From Callorhinchus milii (taxonomy: Eukaryota), in the NCBI RefSeq assembly GCF_018977255.1, contig NW_024704742.1, positions 23,004,001 to 23,068,000 of the forward strand: DNA of 64,000 bases, given 5' to 3'. The translations under genes and the position numbers were made by a program. Below the pieces are notes generated by a model that saw only the letters and a program-made list of their open reading frames with translations, did no database searches and had not been told where the DNA came from. This document shows, one piece after another, positions 1 to 14,019 of this stretch; position 1 is the stretch's first letter; each line of letters begins with the position of its first letter.

Positions 1-1109
1 GAGCGTCTGCCTTTAACTATTCATTATGACTGGCTACGGGATGTTCTCATGTGAAGGGGCAGCCTGGTTGATGCCTACACTGGATTCTCATTTTTACTGC
101 CTTAGCAATGAGCTGACTGAAGTCTGGGAACTGTTAAAATTATACTCCAGATCATGATTAAAGAAAAACATTTGCAACTGTATGGCAATGCTGAAATAAG
201 TCAAGCATATATAGCTTATTTTCTTTTAATAACTTGGTGCAGGCTTGGACAAACAAATCAGTGTTAAAGGTATAAATCTACAGGAAATCTGCGCTGATTG
301 TCACACTGGCCATGACAGTCTTCACAGATCAGCAGATCTTTTAAGAGAAAAAGTACCCCTTAAGTGGCTTGTTGCAGAAGCCAGTGAGAGCAGATGATAA
401 AAGATGAAAGAGTAGCTCAATGCTGCGTCAAACATTCCTGCCATAATAGCCATCACTACTTAAATGTAGAAGGAATGGCACAAGTAGAAGGTAGCTGTTA
501 AGCCTGATCTATCTATGATTGGATGGATGCAATATCTTTCATCCACCATCTGCATTCACTTAAAAAATCCCATTTGGGAATGTTGCTGTCCCCAATAAGA
601 TCTCTGTCATGTTGCAAGCCCAAACAAATGGGAATGTTACAACGAGGCACTCTTTCCAGACCATTAAAAACATTCATTTATGACTGAAATATTAGAAAAA
701 AGGATGAAATGCAAAGCAATTTCCCCAGAAGCATTTATTCAGTTGTACGCTCCATTTAACTGTCTGACAGTTCACTGCAAATCCACCTACAGGGTAAGTA
801 CCATTCTGGAAGATACAATGTACGCTGAACTCACATGTAGATGGTAGAAATAATTTAGTGAACACTTCACTTCCACCACAATAGACAGCTAACCAGCTAC
901 TCTGCACATAATAAAGCTGTACTTTTTAAAAGTATTAACAGTGTGCATCATTGTCTCTGTTGATCATCCTTCCTTGGCCAGGAACCTCCCATCTTTGAGG
1001 GAGGGCTGGACGGGCTGCTCCTAAACTCCCACCGACCGTCCTCACGGACAGCTGCCTGAGGGCAAGTCAGAGAGAGTCAGTAGCAGATCCCCTCACCTCC
1101 CACTGCAGG

Positions 1110-1385
1110 CTATTTCCACGTGTTGGTGAGGCTAAAACAAGGAAGCATAGTTACACGATAGACATTAGCAGTGCTAAAAAGGAGTTTGGGAAAAACTTTT
1201 TTTTGCAGAGGGTTATGAGAACATTACCAGAAGCTGTGATTGATGCAAAAGGCAGCAATGTATTTAAGAGGAAACTTGGAAGCATACATGAGGGAGAAGG
1301 GAGGGGTGGAAGCTCATATGCAGTATTAACACTGGCAGTTGAGCCAAGTGGCCTATTTCAATTCTATAGTCATTTTAATATATAT
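1110..1385 (+). mobile_element. Degraded CR1 3' end (similar remnants near 1640-1840, 2930-3040, 34050-34430, 38040-38180, 39590-39960 and 51235-51570)
   Basis: ttttgcagagggttatgag...tttaagaggaaacttg...gagccaagtggcct, colinear with 18470-18750. Confidence 0.6.
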
Positions 1386-2259
1386 TACAATGTATATTAT
1401 TTCACAGGATCAAATCTCCGTCCACTGTTTGAAACTGGTACCTTATTAGTTTCTCACTTGCTATATCCGTGAATCTGAATTCTCAAATAGTCATTCTGAA
1501 GTGAAGAGTCACTGGATCCTTGAAGCCTTACATGACACTTATCAGCCCAGTGTAATGCCAGCCGGTATCAAAATAATACAGCAATATACTACTGTAAGCA
1601 CCTTTTACAAAAGCATTAATCTTTAAACAAATCAGGTAAATACTTATGGTATAGAGAGTCCACTCACAGCATGGAAATAGGTCATTTGGCCCAACTAGTC
1701 CGTGCCAGTGTTTATACACTGCATGAGCCTCCAGCTATCCCGATTTCCCCTTCCATATCGCTCTATTGCCTTCTCCATCATGGCTTAAATACGTTGATAT
1801 CTTCTACTTCAACCATAGCTTCTAGCAGTGAGTTCCACTTATGTGCAGGATCATGTGTAATATTATAGTACCTGTAATAAGATTTGCAACAGTGCCCGCA
1901 GTTGATTGGAAAAGTCAAGTGGGATAACAGCTGAAGGCTTCACAGGCAGCTGCACTCTAGTCACAGAGCATCTACACTTCTCAGCAGCAGCCCACTGTGT
2001 CAAACAACCTGCGCTCAATATTTCTCTTTAAACAATTTCCTACCTATTTAAAGAATAATGGAAAAAAAACTATCCTAAGCTCGGTGGAGGTGCCATGGAA
2101 ACAGCAAATTTATTAAAATTGCTGCATAACATTTTTAACAAGAAGAATTCAACAAAAAGCAAGGAAGCTGAAAATAGTGGTGATTGTTTAGTGAGGATAA
2201 TTTTAAGGCTACAGAACACATTTACGTACCGTGCTATTTATATTAGAAACATTGGTAAG

Positions 2260-2489
2260 ATAATAATAATAATCCTTGCATTTGATGTAGCGCTTTCCAC
2301 GTCTTCTCAAAGCGCTTCACAGAATATGCTGTAAAGTGAATTGACTGTATATTTGTGAGCGAAATGCGGCAGCCAATTGCGCACAGCAGTGTCCCACCAA
2401 CAGTCGTGGATTGAAAATGACCAATTTATTATTGTTTTGTTTTGGAGAGATTATTATTAGGCGTATGGAGTAAGGAAACTTGCCCAAGA
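2260..2489 (-). mobile_element. 5'-truncated SINE (short form)
   Basis: taataatccttgcatttgat...gtaaggaaacttgcccaag. Confidence 0.85.
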
Positions 2490-5360
2490 TGACATATCCA
2501 TATCCCCATGATCAGCCTATTAACTTCAGTATTATTTCTGTGTCATTAAGCTAGTCGGGGTGCAGGATATAAACGTATTTTTCTAAGAATACACATGCCC
2601 CCAATTTATTGTCTGTGGAACTAACTGGCCTGACATTACCTTGACTTGGTGGTGATTTCTGAGGTGTGAGCAAAGCCTGTTCATGTTGCAGATTATTTGA
2701 CTGTATCACAAGCCTGAACCAGGACTCCCCTAACATCTTCACACACATATAATACACGCACGTAATACGGTATGAGCAGAGATCTCTATTCCCTTCTCTC
2801 TCGTGTCAGCACAGACCAATAAAACAGTATTAAGCAGCTAAAAAATCCTGGCTGATTTTTCCTCTCGGGACAAGAAACACTGAAGGCAATGTTAGCACCT
2901 CCACTTGCTGCCCTTGCTGAGAGCACTTAACTCAGAATTATACAGAATAATACAGCAACAAAACAGGCCATTCAAACCAACCAGTCCATGCCAGTGTTTA
3001 TACTCATACAAGCCTCCATCCATCCTAATGCCCCCTCCTTTGAAGTAATACAGTGGTCTTATATAAATAATCATTTGTGAAAAAATGAGAAACTCTGTAT
3101 AGAAGGACAGCATAGAGGGACAACATTTGGCCACCAAGTTTATGTTGGTTTCACTGGAGCTGTTTACTCCTATCCCAATTTCTTGCTGCTTCCCTATTAT
3201 ACAATAAAGGTACTCTTCTATTCACTGCTCTCTCATGTAAGCACACACCATGAAATCAAACCTGACCCTGGAAACAAACCAGGGAAGAAAACCAAAGGTG
3301 AAATATTATGGAAAACGAAAAAGGACAAAACAGTTTTCATTTCAATTTGGGCTTAAGAAGTGGGTGGGATGTCATGACATAACTGTAACTTTACACAAGT
3401 CAAAGTAAATAGCTCCACACGACAGGCTTGCTGTTGCCACTAAGTGTAATGTCATTTGATAATGTACACATATAAACACACATCGTTAGATCTACAATTA
3501 ATGGTAAGATGAATTTCCAATACACGTATTATATACATACATATATTGCATAATAGGGAAGGAGCAGGAAATTGAGATAGTGGCACCAGTATAAACTTGT
3601 TGGCCAAATGCTCTCGTTCTGTGCTATTAATTCCACATAGGTGAGGACACAAGTTTCTCATTTTTTCACAAATTACTACTTATATAAGACTACTGCACTA
3701 CATCACAGTGCTCCAAGAAGTTACATTAGATGAAGGGTGTTATATAGTCCTTAGAAATTTATAGCTCAGAAGAAGGCCATTTGGCCCAATTTGCCTATGC
3801 TGGCTTTCTAAGAGCAATCCTTTTCAGTCCCATTTATCTGCCCTTAAATGTAAGTGGTTGATGTTTTCAAAATGTATCTGGTTTAGAACATTTTCACTTA
3901 AATGAAGAAGCTTTATGTTGCACACACTTTGCGTTTTATAATAATAATCCTTGCGTTTTGCACAGACTGCAAATTACAGTATTACAGCCATTCATTTTCA
4001 ATGAATCCCTTGCCACATTTTCATTCACTGCACCTTTTTAAACAATTTCCAACTGAGGAAGTTAAAAACAATTTATGTTGTTTTAAAAAGTTGTTCAAAA
4101 ACAACTTATTTATCTAGCGCATTTCACGGTAAAAGAAACATCTCAAAGCACTTCACAAACTGAGATTAACTAGAAATGAAGTGAAGGTTGGAATGGAGGC
4201 AAGCAGGACAATAAATTAATTGTAACAAAATGTCCCCAAACAGCAAGTGAGGGAGATATTCCACATGGGTCAGCATTTACCTATTAATGTAACATTTTTG
4301 AGTAACCAGAATTTGGCAAATTGTTGAATTTGGGCTTAACTTTTAAGTTGTTTTTGGTAATTCTTAAAAGGTGAAGCTTTTTGACCCAGGTGATTTTTCT
4401 CCAACCTACACCCCCAATGCCCTACTGTCGTGGAGCTTTTCCTTTCACTGAAACTGCGGTCAATTGCTTTTTATTATAACACTTCTAATGTCTTTTCTCC
4501 TTTGCTGCCCTTCAGTAGAAGATACATCTTGTAAGTCACCTAGAAGTACTGAGTATCTTCTGTACAAGCAACAGTATTTTTAAAAGATATATTATTTATG
4601 CTAACTGAAGTGATTCTTGTTATGAGCTCATCAGTTAGTATTTTTATTATTTATGTCACATTGATTACTTGTGCAAATCTGTGCCAGAGACTCTTGTAAG
4701 GTGATTATACATGTGCCTAAAATACACACTTGTCCACATTCACCCACACAATACACAGTCATTGCATTTTATAGAGCAAACGTAAGCAATATTATTAATA
4801 ATAATAAAACTACACAGTCACTGCAATTGACAGAAATTACCTGTTAATTGCTTTGAGACTTTAGGACATAGGAGTGTTCTGTCAAATGCAATGATTATTT
4901 TTTACATTACATCTCGTAAAATGCTCAGATCAACAACACCACTCCAACTCCTTTTACAGAACTGCTGATCCGAGTTCCAGGTTTTTCAGTTCTTAGTAAA
5001 AGTGGGTCACAGAACCGAAAATCAGCCAGCCATGATTTACAAATCTCAACCACTGCCATCGTGTTAGAAATTAACTAGTGATAGACTGGTGCAAACTGCA
5101 GCACATGTTGGCATGGACCTACACCAACAGCACAGGGTGGATGGAGGAGGGGGAGAAAAGGATACCCTCCCGTTCACATTCATTCACCGTGAAATCACTC
5201 AGGAGATTATGTCTTGTACTGACAATTCATGTTCATTTCATGAGAAGCTTCACTGACTACACTACTTGAAACAGGATTCAACCTGTAGCTTAGTGTTTTC
5301 CTAATTTTCTGAAATTTGTTCCATGTCTTATTTCGATTAAGGGCCCAAACTAACAGCATA

Positions 5361-5990
5361 CAATACAAATTTACATCCATATAGCGCCATTCACATCAGG
5401 GGGGACGTCCCAAGGCACTGGACAGTCCAAGCTTTACATCCGAGCTGGAGATGGGGCTGAGGGAGGGGAAGAGAGATGGCCAAAAGCGCAGTCAAAGAGG
5501 AAGGTCTTGAGGTGGACCTTGAGGAAGTGAGGGAAGAGCTGAGTCAAAGGGACCTCAGGATGGAGTTCCAGAGAGTGGGGGCAGGTTTGCTGAAAACCTG
5601 ACCGTTGATGGTGGGACAGGGGCTGTGAAGCAGGTCAGTGCCCACTGAGTGGGAGGGCTGGTAGGGTTTGAGGAGGTCACAGAGGAAGTGTAAGGCAAGA
5701 CCATGGAGGGATTTAAAGGTCAGGACAAGGATTTTTAACTGGTCTGCAAACTCAATATAGAATGGGAGCTAGTGGAGCCGGGCTGGGATTGGGGCGATAG
5801 GCTTCAGGAGCTAAGTAATGGAAAGGAAATGAATTGCAGAGTTCTGGATAATCTGTCTCTTGCGAAGGGAAGAGGTGGTTGATCTGGCAAGTAGAAAATT
5901 GGCATAATCTAGCCTGAATGTGATGAATGCGTGAATTTGTGTCTCGCTGACCCAAGGAGAGAGGTACCAGTGAAGTCAGGCAATGTTATG
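5361..5990 (-). mobile_element. Degraded L2 3' fragment
   Basis: ggggacgtcccaaggcactg tail motif; tgcagagttctggataatctg and other L2 ORF2 C-terminal matches. Confidence 0.75.
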
Positions 5991-6411
5991 GTATATCAGT
6001 TTCTGTTAATGTAGAGCATGTTTCCCTCTTACTACATGAATGTACAGTTAGGAGTTAATTACATTCCCTCCCGGAGAAAGAATTGTGGCTGTAGATTGTC
6101 TTCACAATATTCTAAGGTACTAGAAACTCAAAGCCTCCTCATGTAACATTACTGTTCATGATATTGTGTTCTCCATGAATCAGTGCATTAAAAACATCAC
6201 ATGGACATTACAGCATTCCTCTCAAACAGATGCAAGATGCACTTCAGCTGCCTTCAAATGTTACTTTCCGTGAATTGCAACCACAGAGTATCTGTTTGAG
6301 GAATAACAAGACCAAACTGTTTTGTACACAAATAGCTTCCATATGTACAACACATATTAGTATTCTTAACAGTAATTAGCCCACAAAAAAACACCGTGAC
6401 CACACCTTACA

Positions 6412-6880
6412 ATAACAACAACGACGACTTGCACTTGTATAGCACTCCTCATGTAGGGTAGCATCCCAGAGCGCTCGACAGTGGAGGAGCATGACGCCGA
6501 ACCAGGCGTAAGTGACCGTAGGCACGGTTGAAGGGGAAGGTCTTCAGGTGTTATCTGAAGATGGTGAAGGAAGGATTGAGGGAGAGTCTTCCAGAATTTC
6601 AGGACATAGTGGCTGAAAGCGAGGCCACCGATAGTGAAACAGTGGGTACAAGCAGGAGGCCGGAGACAGTGGAGCAGAGGCAGCGGGTTGTAGATTTGGG
6701 AGTGAGCAGGTTGAAGAGGTAGGGAGGTGCCAGCGATCTGAAGACAAGTCTGAGGATCTTAAAACCCATCTGTTTGCTGATAAGGAGCCAGTGGAGCCTG
6801 GCTAGAACTGGTGAGATTGGGGTACAGAGTTTAGTGCTGGTGAGTGTGCAGGGGCGGTGTTATGGATTAACTGGATTTTG
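6412..6880 (-). mobile_element. Degraded L2 3' fragment (diverged subfamily)
   Basis: (CAA)n followed by cttgcacttgtatagcac tail; ggagccagtggag and aggatcttaaa L2 landmarks. Confidence 0.65.
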
Positions 6881-7769
6881 TGGATAATATATCCTGTGAA
6901 GCGCGTAAGACCTCACAACGACATGTTAAGGCACTATATCAAATGCAAGGATTATTATAACCCTTAAGACATTTCAACGTGATAAAATTCAAGCTGTTAC
7001 CTTCTATCCCATTTAGTATGTAACTATATAAGCATTCTGAGATGCTAAAGGGTGCTATATAAATGCAATTTGTTGTATAATGATCTGGACTGTCTCTTTT
7101 CAAATCTAAGGAACCGTAACTTATCTAGTTTTACCCACAAAATATACAGTTAATTCAATTTGAAGTGTATTCTGTGCAGCGCGTTGAGACATCTTGAAAA
7201 CATGATAAGATGCTAACTCAAATGCAAAGATTAGCATTATTATTAGTAGTGGTAGTAACCCCTTATTGTTCATGCCAACAGTGTAAATCAGTCCTAGTGC
7301 TCCACTCTGCAACTCAGCACAGGCAGGGGTCAAACCAGGGAATTTTCTGCACATGTATGGCTGAATTTCTCAGGGGCAGAAGCTATCCTCATTAAGACAT
7401 TGGGAAGCAGTTTAGGCAGAGTGTTATTCCCAAATCCAGTCCCCATGGTTCAGTCCGTAAAATAAAATCATCAATAAATGCTGCAATTATTAAAAATACT
7501 TGTGATTTGTTTTTATACCTTTATGCACATAAACATATCCACCTGCATATAGAATAATCCAATGATCCAAGTATATAATGGTCTTTTTATGCTAATAATG
7601 GCATACGGTGATTGCTAAAAAGAGCAATTTTTTTAACATTTGCTATTTTTAGTATACAGCATACAATAGAACCCAGAGAGCTTGCTTCAAGCTCGACAAA
7701 ACTATTTGGAATTTAAATTGTACCACTAACCAGGATAAAAATGTTAAGGCCAGCACAAGTCAAGAGATG

Positions 7770-8145
7770 AGTTTCATCCCCTGCTCCACACAAATAATTC
7801 TGGATCTTATCAATGCAATTCAATCTAAGATTACTATGAATTGAACAATGTATGAACAGTGCATTATTGGAAGGGTTATTTGTGTGGGGAATCATAAAGC
7901 CAGTCATGTGGGATATTATTGGAATTCAAAATTGTGAGGAGTTTTGATAGAGGCGATACATAGAAACTGTTTCCACCAGCCAGTGGGTCATTAACCTGGG
8001 CAAATGGATTTAAGATAATTGGCAAAAGAACCAGAGGGGAAATGAGGAGAATTGTTTTTATACAGAGAGTTGTTATGGTCTGGAATGCACTGCCTGCAAG
8101 GGTGGGGGAAACAGATTCAGTAACAATTTTCAAAAGGGAACTAGA
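7770..8145 (+). mobile_element. CR1 ORF2 C-terminal fragment, followed by an L2 tail fragment (8146-8320, -)
   Basis: aaactgtttccacc...tttaagataattggcaaaagaaccagagggg...tggaatgcactgcctg; homologous to 18410-18610. Confidence 0.75.
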
Positions 8146-9147
8146 CAACAACAACACCAAAATTACATTTATAGAGCGTCTTTCACGTCGGGAGGACGTC
8201 CCAAAGTGCTGAACAATCAGTTGTCGGGGCCCGGTGGGAGTGATGGGGTCACGGAGCTTGGTGTGTGAGAGTACATGAGCTGCAGAGTTTTGGATGATCT
8301 GCAGCTTGTGAAGGGAAGAGTTATCACATAGTCAATGGAATAAATGGAAGGAAGGAAAAACAATAAGTTTGGGTTAACCTTACACTTGTCTTCCCAAATT
8401 AGTAATTCTGTGTTTTATTGTGAGATTCTTTTCAAAGATCATCATAGCTATGTCATACTAATATAATCTCATGTTTTCGAGTCACTGCACTGACACTATT
8501 AACGAACATAGAATCTGACTTGAGTGAGTTTCAAACTCAATGTAAACTCACTGGATTACAGGGTAAAATTTGCAAAATGTTATAATTAACACAAGGAATG
8601 CGTTATGAAATGCAACAAATTTCATTCCTACATTTCTATTAGTTAGTTCCTCTTAATATGTTTTTGGTTCCCAGTTTTCTTGTACTAGGTTGAATCTTTG
8701 AACCTGTCAGCTTTGATAGACCTTTCTAAGCTTGGTCTTGTTGAAACAAACAGTCAAAATCACATTTGTGATGGCACAAAACCACTTGTTAAAGTTTTAT
8801 CCATAATATTGTTTCAGCAAGAGTGGTTGTCAGTCTTCTGTCCAATCATGTCATAGTTTGTGACATCCAAACCTTTTAATTGTGTTACTGTATGAATCTA
8901 TCAACTCGTTCTATGTAGCAGCTCAATTTGCAACAAAACACAAAAGTAATATTCATGTCTCTCATATTTGTAACTATTTCTGTTAACTCTTAATAATTCT
9001 GATTGTTTAATGCCCTAAAGCAAAGATGGTTATATGCCTCAGTAGTGGTGGGATCCCCACTGCAAGGAGTTGGGTTTGTTCTAAGGCTCTGAATCATGGC
9101 TCAACTGCAAAAAAAGTGCAGTATAAACACAGAATTGAGGCCAATAC

Positions 9148-9362
9148 AATAAATAATAATAATCCTTGCATTTGATATAGTGCTTTTCACGTCTTCTAGA
9201 CGCCCCAAAGCGCTTCACAGAATATACTGTAAAGTGAATTGACTGTATATTTGTGGGCGAACGCGGCAGCCAATTGAGCACAGCAATGTCCCACAAACAG
9301 TCATGGATTGAAAATGACCAATTTTTTTATTATTGTTTTGTTTTTTTGGAGGGATTATTATA
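9148..9362 (-). mobile_element. 5'-truncated SINE (short form)
   Basis: Same core and tail as 44143-44472. Confidence 0.85.
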
Positions 9363-11114
9363 AGCCATTATACTACATGCTGGAACTGGAAGCAGGAAGA
9401 AAAAAAGAATGAGTGTCCAATAGTAAAGATGAAAAAAGGAATTTAGTGCAATTATTGACCATATGATGAACGTATCTAGTTCTCATCAAAGCTAATTACT
9501 CTGATTCTGTATAACGCATTGGCAAGATTACATTTGCAATCTTTTGTGCAATTTGGGCTGCTTATCTTCAATAAACTTGTTGTTTCTCCAAGAGAGAGAT
9601 TCTGACAATGTCAGAGAGCAGGTCCAGAATATTTTTGAACACACTAGTAAACCATTTTTTAAAAAAATTAATAAAAAATGGACTGTTCAGACAAAGAACT
9701 GATGCTTTAGTTAATTCAATGATATAATATAATTCCTTTAAAAAGGGCGCTAATAACATGCAGGTGAGTGATTTTTCTATTGTATAAATCTGACTCCGCA
9801 TCGCAGTCTCGGACTCTGCTTTAACACCACACTGGTTGCTATGGAAGAAACACATCCTGTGCTAAATGAGGATGATCAGCTGCTAAATAAAACAGTCTTG
9901 CTGGTGTAAGTTACACAAAGGCGTAGCTCCATACGTCAACTGCACGTGACATACAAAGAAGTTCACGGAGCACCATAAAGAAACTTTTTTTGTAGCGTTA
10001 TCTTTCTTACTCCAAACTGGAGAAAGCTTTAAGTGGCTACCGCAATGCAAACCCGTGTAAAATAAGACGAGTAAACAAATATTAGGACTGGGTGTGACTG
10101 CGGGAATTAACATCCAACATGATATTCTAAAATATCATTCAGCTGAAGAGCCAGTAATAAAGAGAAAGATCACAGGAGACTTTCTCTCTCATGGCAATGA
10201 GTCTGCCGAGCATGATCTTGCATCCAAGCTCATTAATTACAAGAGGTGTGAGTTATGTAAATCAAATATGTAAGCATCCTGGGACCACTGAAAAAAAAAC
10301 AGATGAATATGAAGAGTGCTTTGGTAGACTGAGTGTAACTGTGACTGCCAATAACAAGGCATGCTTTAACTTACGAACACACCAGCCACTTGAAGCAATA
10401 AAATGACATGGCCCTTGGGAAATGGAGACGCTAAATAGAAAAACTCAGAACGGGACTGTTGCCTGTTCATCTCCTATTATTACACAGTCCTCATTGCTAA
10501 TAGAGAAATTAACAAAGCTTTTGGTTAAGTTACGGGTGATTTACTATAGGTGTCTGTCGACAGAATTACAAGATGCCTTTGGGATTTAAATTAAGTGTAA
10601 ATTAAGTGCACTAACAATTAAAAATCTATACAAATTATGGGTAAGTGGATTTTTCAAGGGATAAGGTAAGTATTCCATTTGTCACAATTAAAACCACTGA
10701 AACTTTGGGATTGCGCAACTTTGGGGTCTTGCATGCAGTTTACATTAAGAAATTCCTAAAGTATCAAACAGACTGACCCAGATGTGCCTCTCTGCCTCTC
10801 TCCCTCCCCTGTTCTGAAAACTGATGTCTTTGAAGCAAACTTGTGCATTTGACTTCCAGCTAGGGGATCACAATGTTTGACCGCCAGTTAGCAGGTGTAT
10901 GGCCTTTTTGTGGACTACTCCTGTGCTGCTCCTCTCAACCATTTATCTAGGAAACATTGTCACAGCAGCTCTCTCATGTGTTGTGACAGCTGGGAACAGA
11001 CTGCGGGAGAGGATAAAGGGAGGGATAAAGATAAATAAATAAACAAATATGGAGTTTCTTCAAGTGGTTTGCAACGCGCTTTGACTAGTAAAATAATAGT
11101 TGGGTTTAGATTCT

Positions 11115-11343
11115 CAGTCGATTGGCAGATCACTTTTCTGGGGGCAATAATTCCTTCAAAAAAAATAATAAATTGGTCACTTCAATCCACGACTGTTTGT
11201 GGGACACTGCTGTGCGCAATTGGCTGCCGCATTTCGCCCACAAAATATACAGTCAATTCACTTGAAAGCATATTCTGTGAAGCGCTTTGAGACGTCTCGA
11301 GGGAACCTGATAAGGCGTTATATCAAATGCAAGGATTATTATT
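11115..11343 (+). mobile_element. 5'-truncated SINE (long form)
   Basis: agtcgattggcagatcacttttctgggg...tcaaatgcaaggattattatt. Confidence 0.85.
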
Positions 11344-14019
11344 GACAGTGTGAAATAGTATCCATGTGTACATTACATGTGCACATGCTGGTGCAATGGT
11401 CATCTTGCTTCTCAGTGATCTTTCTGACAGAACCTTTTTTTTTGGAGACTTGCAGCCACTCCGCATTGCCTTTCTGCAGAGAGATTTAATGTAAATTAAA
11501 TGTCTCAACTGTGCTGCATCCTGTCACGTGTACACTGCAAATATTCTGCTCTTTGAAGTTCAGATTACACACTTTCACTCTCTCTTCCTACGGTATTTTG
11601 GTTATCACGTTTCACATATTTTAACTGTAGTACCTTTAAAGAATCTTGACCAGCATTATTAGCACGTATTTGCACGCATTACTGACACATAAGGTAGTTA
11701 ACATACATTTGATTTTTTTTCCCAATTGATTTGATTTTCATTAATCTGTTACATCTCAGCTCAAAATAGACAATGTGAAAAAACACAATCTTCAACCCAT
11801 CAAGTATTGAATCATGTGTCTTTGCACTTGAAACCAAATGCTTGATGTCCACAGGAATACATTTCAATTTAAAGTTTTTGATGAGTTTTTCGAGTACTGC
11901 AAAATGGAGTGGGAAGCAAGCTATTGAATAAAGAAAAAGAGGGTCGAGAGCAATGCTCACACACAGAGTGTCTCAGTACAGAAGAAATGTAGTCACACCA
12001 CTTTACAGGATATCCCGTTAACCCTTTGAGACATGTCAACGATGTGATAAGGCGTGATATGAAATGCGAGGATTATTATTATTGTTTATTATTATTTACT
12101 GATGAATTTCACAATGGAATGAATGGGCAAACCTACACCGGTTCTGCAGCTCCAATGCCACATCAAGAGCACACAATCAGCAAGGTCCAGACATTACAAT
12201 AGTGTTGGCCACAGGAATGGAGGGACTGTTGCATTATGGAATCATCCAAAGCCACGCGAAAACCAACTCATCGCTCATATCTTTTACAAACGCTTGTCCA
12301 ATATCGCTCATGATATTTGCAACATCTCTCCTGTGTCTACTGATTGTCCTCTTGTCTTGATATCGTTTAAAATCTTCCTTGCTTCAATTTCCAATACCTC
12401 TTGTTCTTTCAGTTTTGGCTTCTCTTGTCCTTTTCTCCAATTTGCCTTACCTCTTGTGTGGCCTGTCGCACTACGTCCTACATTCATCTGTTTATCTCAC
12501 CCAGGCTTAATTTCTGCATATGTGAACACTTACTTTCAAAGATGCCTCTCAGTAATATTTTTTTTTTCTGGCAAGCTTTCCCCCTGCGTGTCCAGCTCGG
12601 AACACCCTGCTCTCGTTAGGTCTTTGGCTTGCAGGGTTAACAGGAGCTGAGAGGGTTGACTTCCTGCCCCTAGTGACTGGTCTGCCCTTCCAAGTCATGC
12701 CGATGAGCCATCAGGAATACCCTGGAATACTGCGGATCCTCCTGGCTCAGGAATTGGACTACCGAGACAGAGGGCTGGCTCAATTCCGACACTACTTTGC
12801 CAAACATGTCACCTTGGAGGCAGTTCAGCTCCAAGGAGATCCTGTTCACCTCCCCCCAAGGAGGATACATTTACGGCTACAGAGAAAGCTGATGGCTTGA
12901 CTGACAGAAAGAGTGGGGTTGGGGGCGGGGAGGGAGGAGGAAGGATCAGCACAAGAGGATTCTTGATGAATCAGTGGTGTTGTCGTCTTGCCTCCCAACA
13001 TGTTGAAGGTAACTCCTGGCACCATAGAAATTACATTACAAAATGAAGAAAATCATTAGGCGTGACATTTACAAAAGGAATACATTTGAAAAATGATTAG
13101 CAGAAAGAAGTAGAAACATATGTACCTGTTTCCATGCTCTCCTAAGGTTTGACTGGGTTGCACTCCCAGGTAATGGCTGGGTATTGCCAACAATAGGCAT
13201 TTAAGTGGAAAATCAATCTATTCCCTAAATACAGTACAAGCATCTTGTGTAAACTTCTTCTGTGGATCCCCCGTTGTTAGCTTTTCGACTCACGGAATGA
13301 CTGAAGATCTCTTTGTGTTTAAGGAGGAAAGCCACTACAGATGTTAGCCGACTACTTTGGTTGGTTTTATTGGCACAATACAATTTGAATTTCACTGGAA
13401 CATCAGGGCAATTTGATAATTGACCAGAACCTAAAATATTCCGTTTCTTCTAAGTGCTTAGTTGAATCAGGAGCTTCAGACATTCCTGTCAGCCCATTAT
13501 TTGAGGCTATTCCTCTTTAAGAATCCCATCTCTTTACTTTAGACCAAGTGAACTCAACACCTCACCACTAGCCATGAAATAATGGAACCCAGTGAGTAGC
13601 ATTTTGCACTCCAGTTAGGGCATGCGTTACCCTATTAGAATGTGCTTCTTTACAGCACAACTTTAGTTATAATGCATTTGTGGTGTACACTTTCATTCAC
13701 TGCTTATGGGTGAAGCTGCTACCCCTCTCCCACCCCCACCTCCAACCACTGCTACTTCCTGAGCACCAGGCAGCTTTTGCCCTATAATGGTTAATTTACA
13801 GGTCAATCGGTCACCACCAACATCACTTTCTGCTTGGCAGTCAATGTGCCATTGACACCCATTACACAGATCATTTCGAGAGCTGAGAGCCCAGAGTGAG
13901 CTACGTCCGGAGTGAGGCTAGGCCAGAGTGTGAGGGAATTTGGTGAGAGTGGGAATTAGGTGCAGAGGGGGAAGTGGGGGCAAGCTATATATCTTTGTAT
14001 TTATATAAAGATTGTGAAG

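Noticed and set aside
9930..9950. Adjacent CRE-like half site and CACGTG E-box
   Set aside because: Short motifs expected by chance; no CpG island or other promoter evidence.
12100..12126. CTGATGA-ATTTC-acaat-GGAAT-GAAT, hammerhead-like
   Set aside because: The GAAA box is broken and no stems I/III were found; likely chance.
12123..12650. 175-aa plus-strand ORF and a 59-aa minus-strand frame (MNVGRSATGH...LQIS)
   Set aside because: No recognisable domain. The plus ORF runs into a repeat, and the minus frame is not phase-compatible with the 18944 donor.
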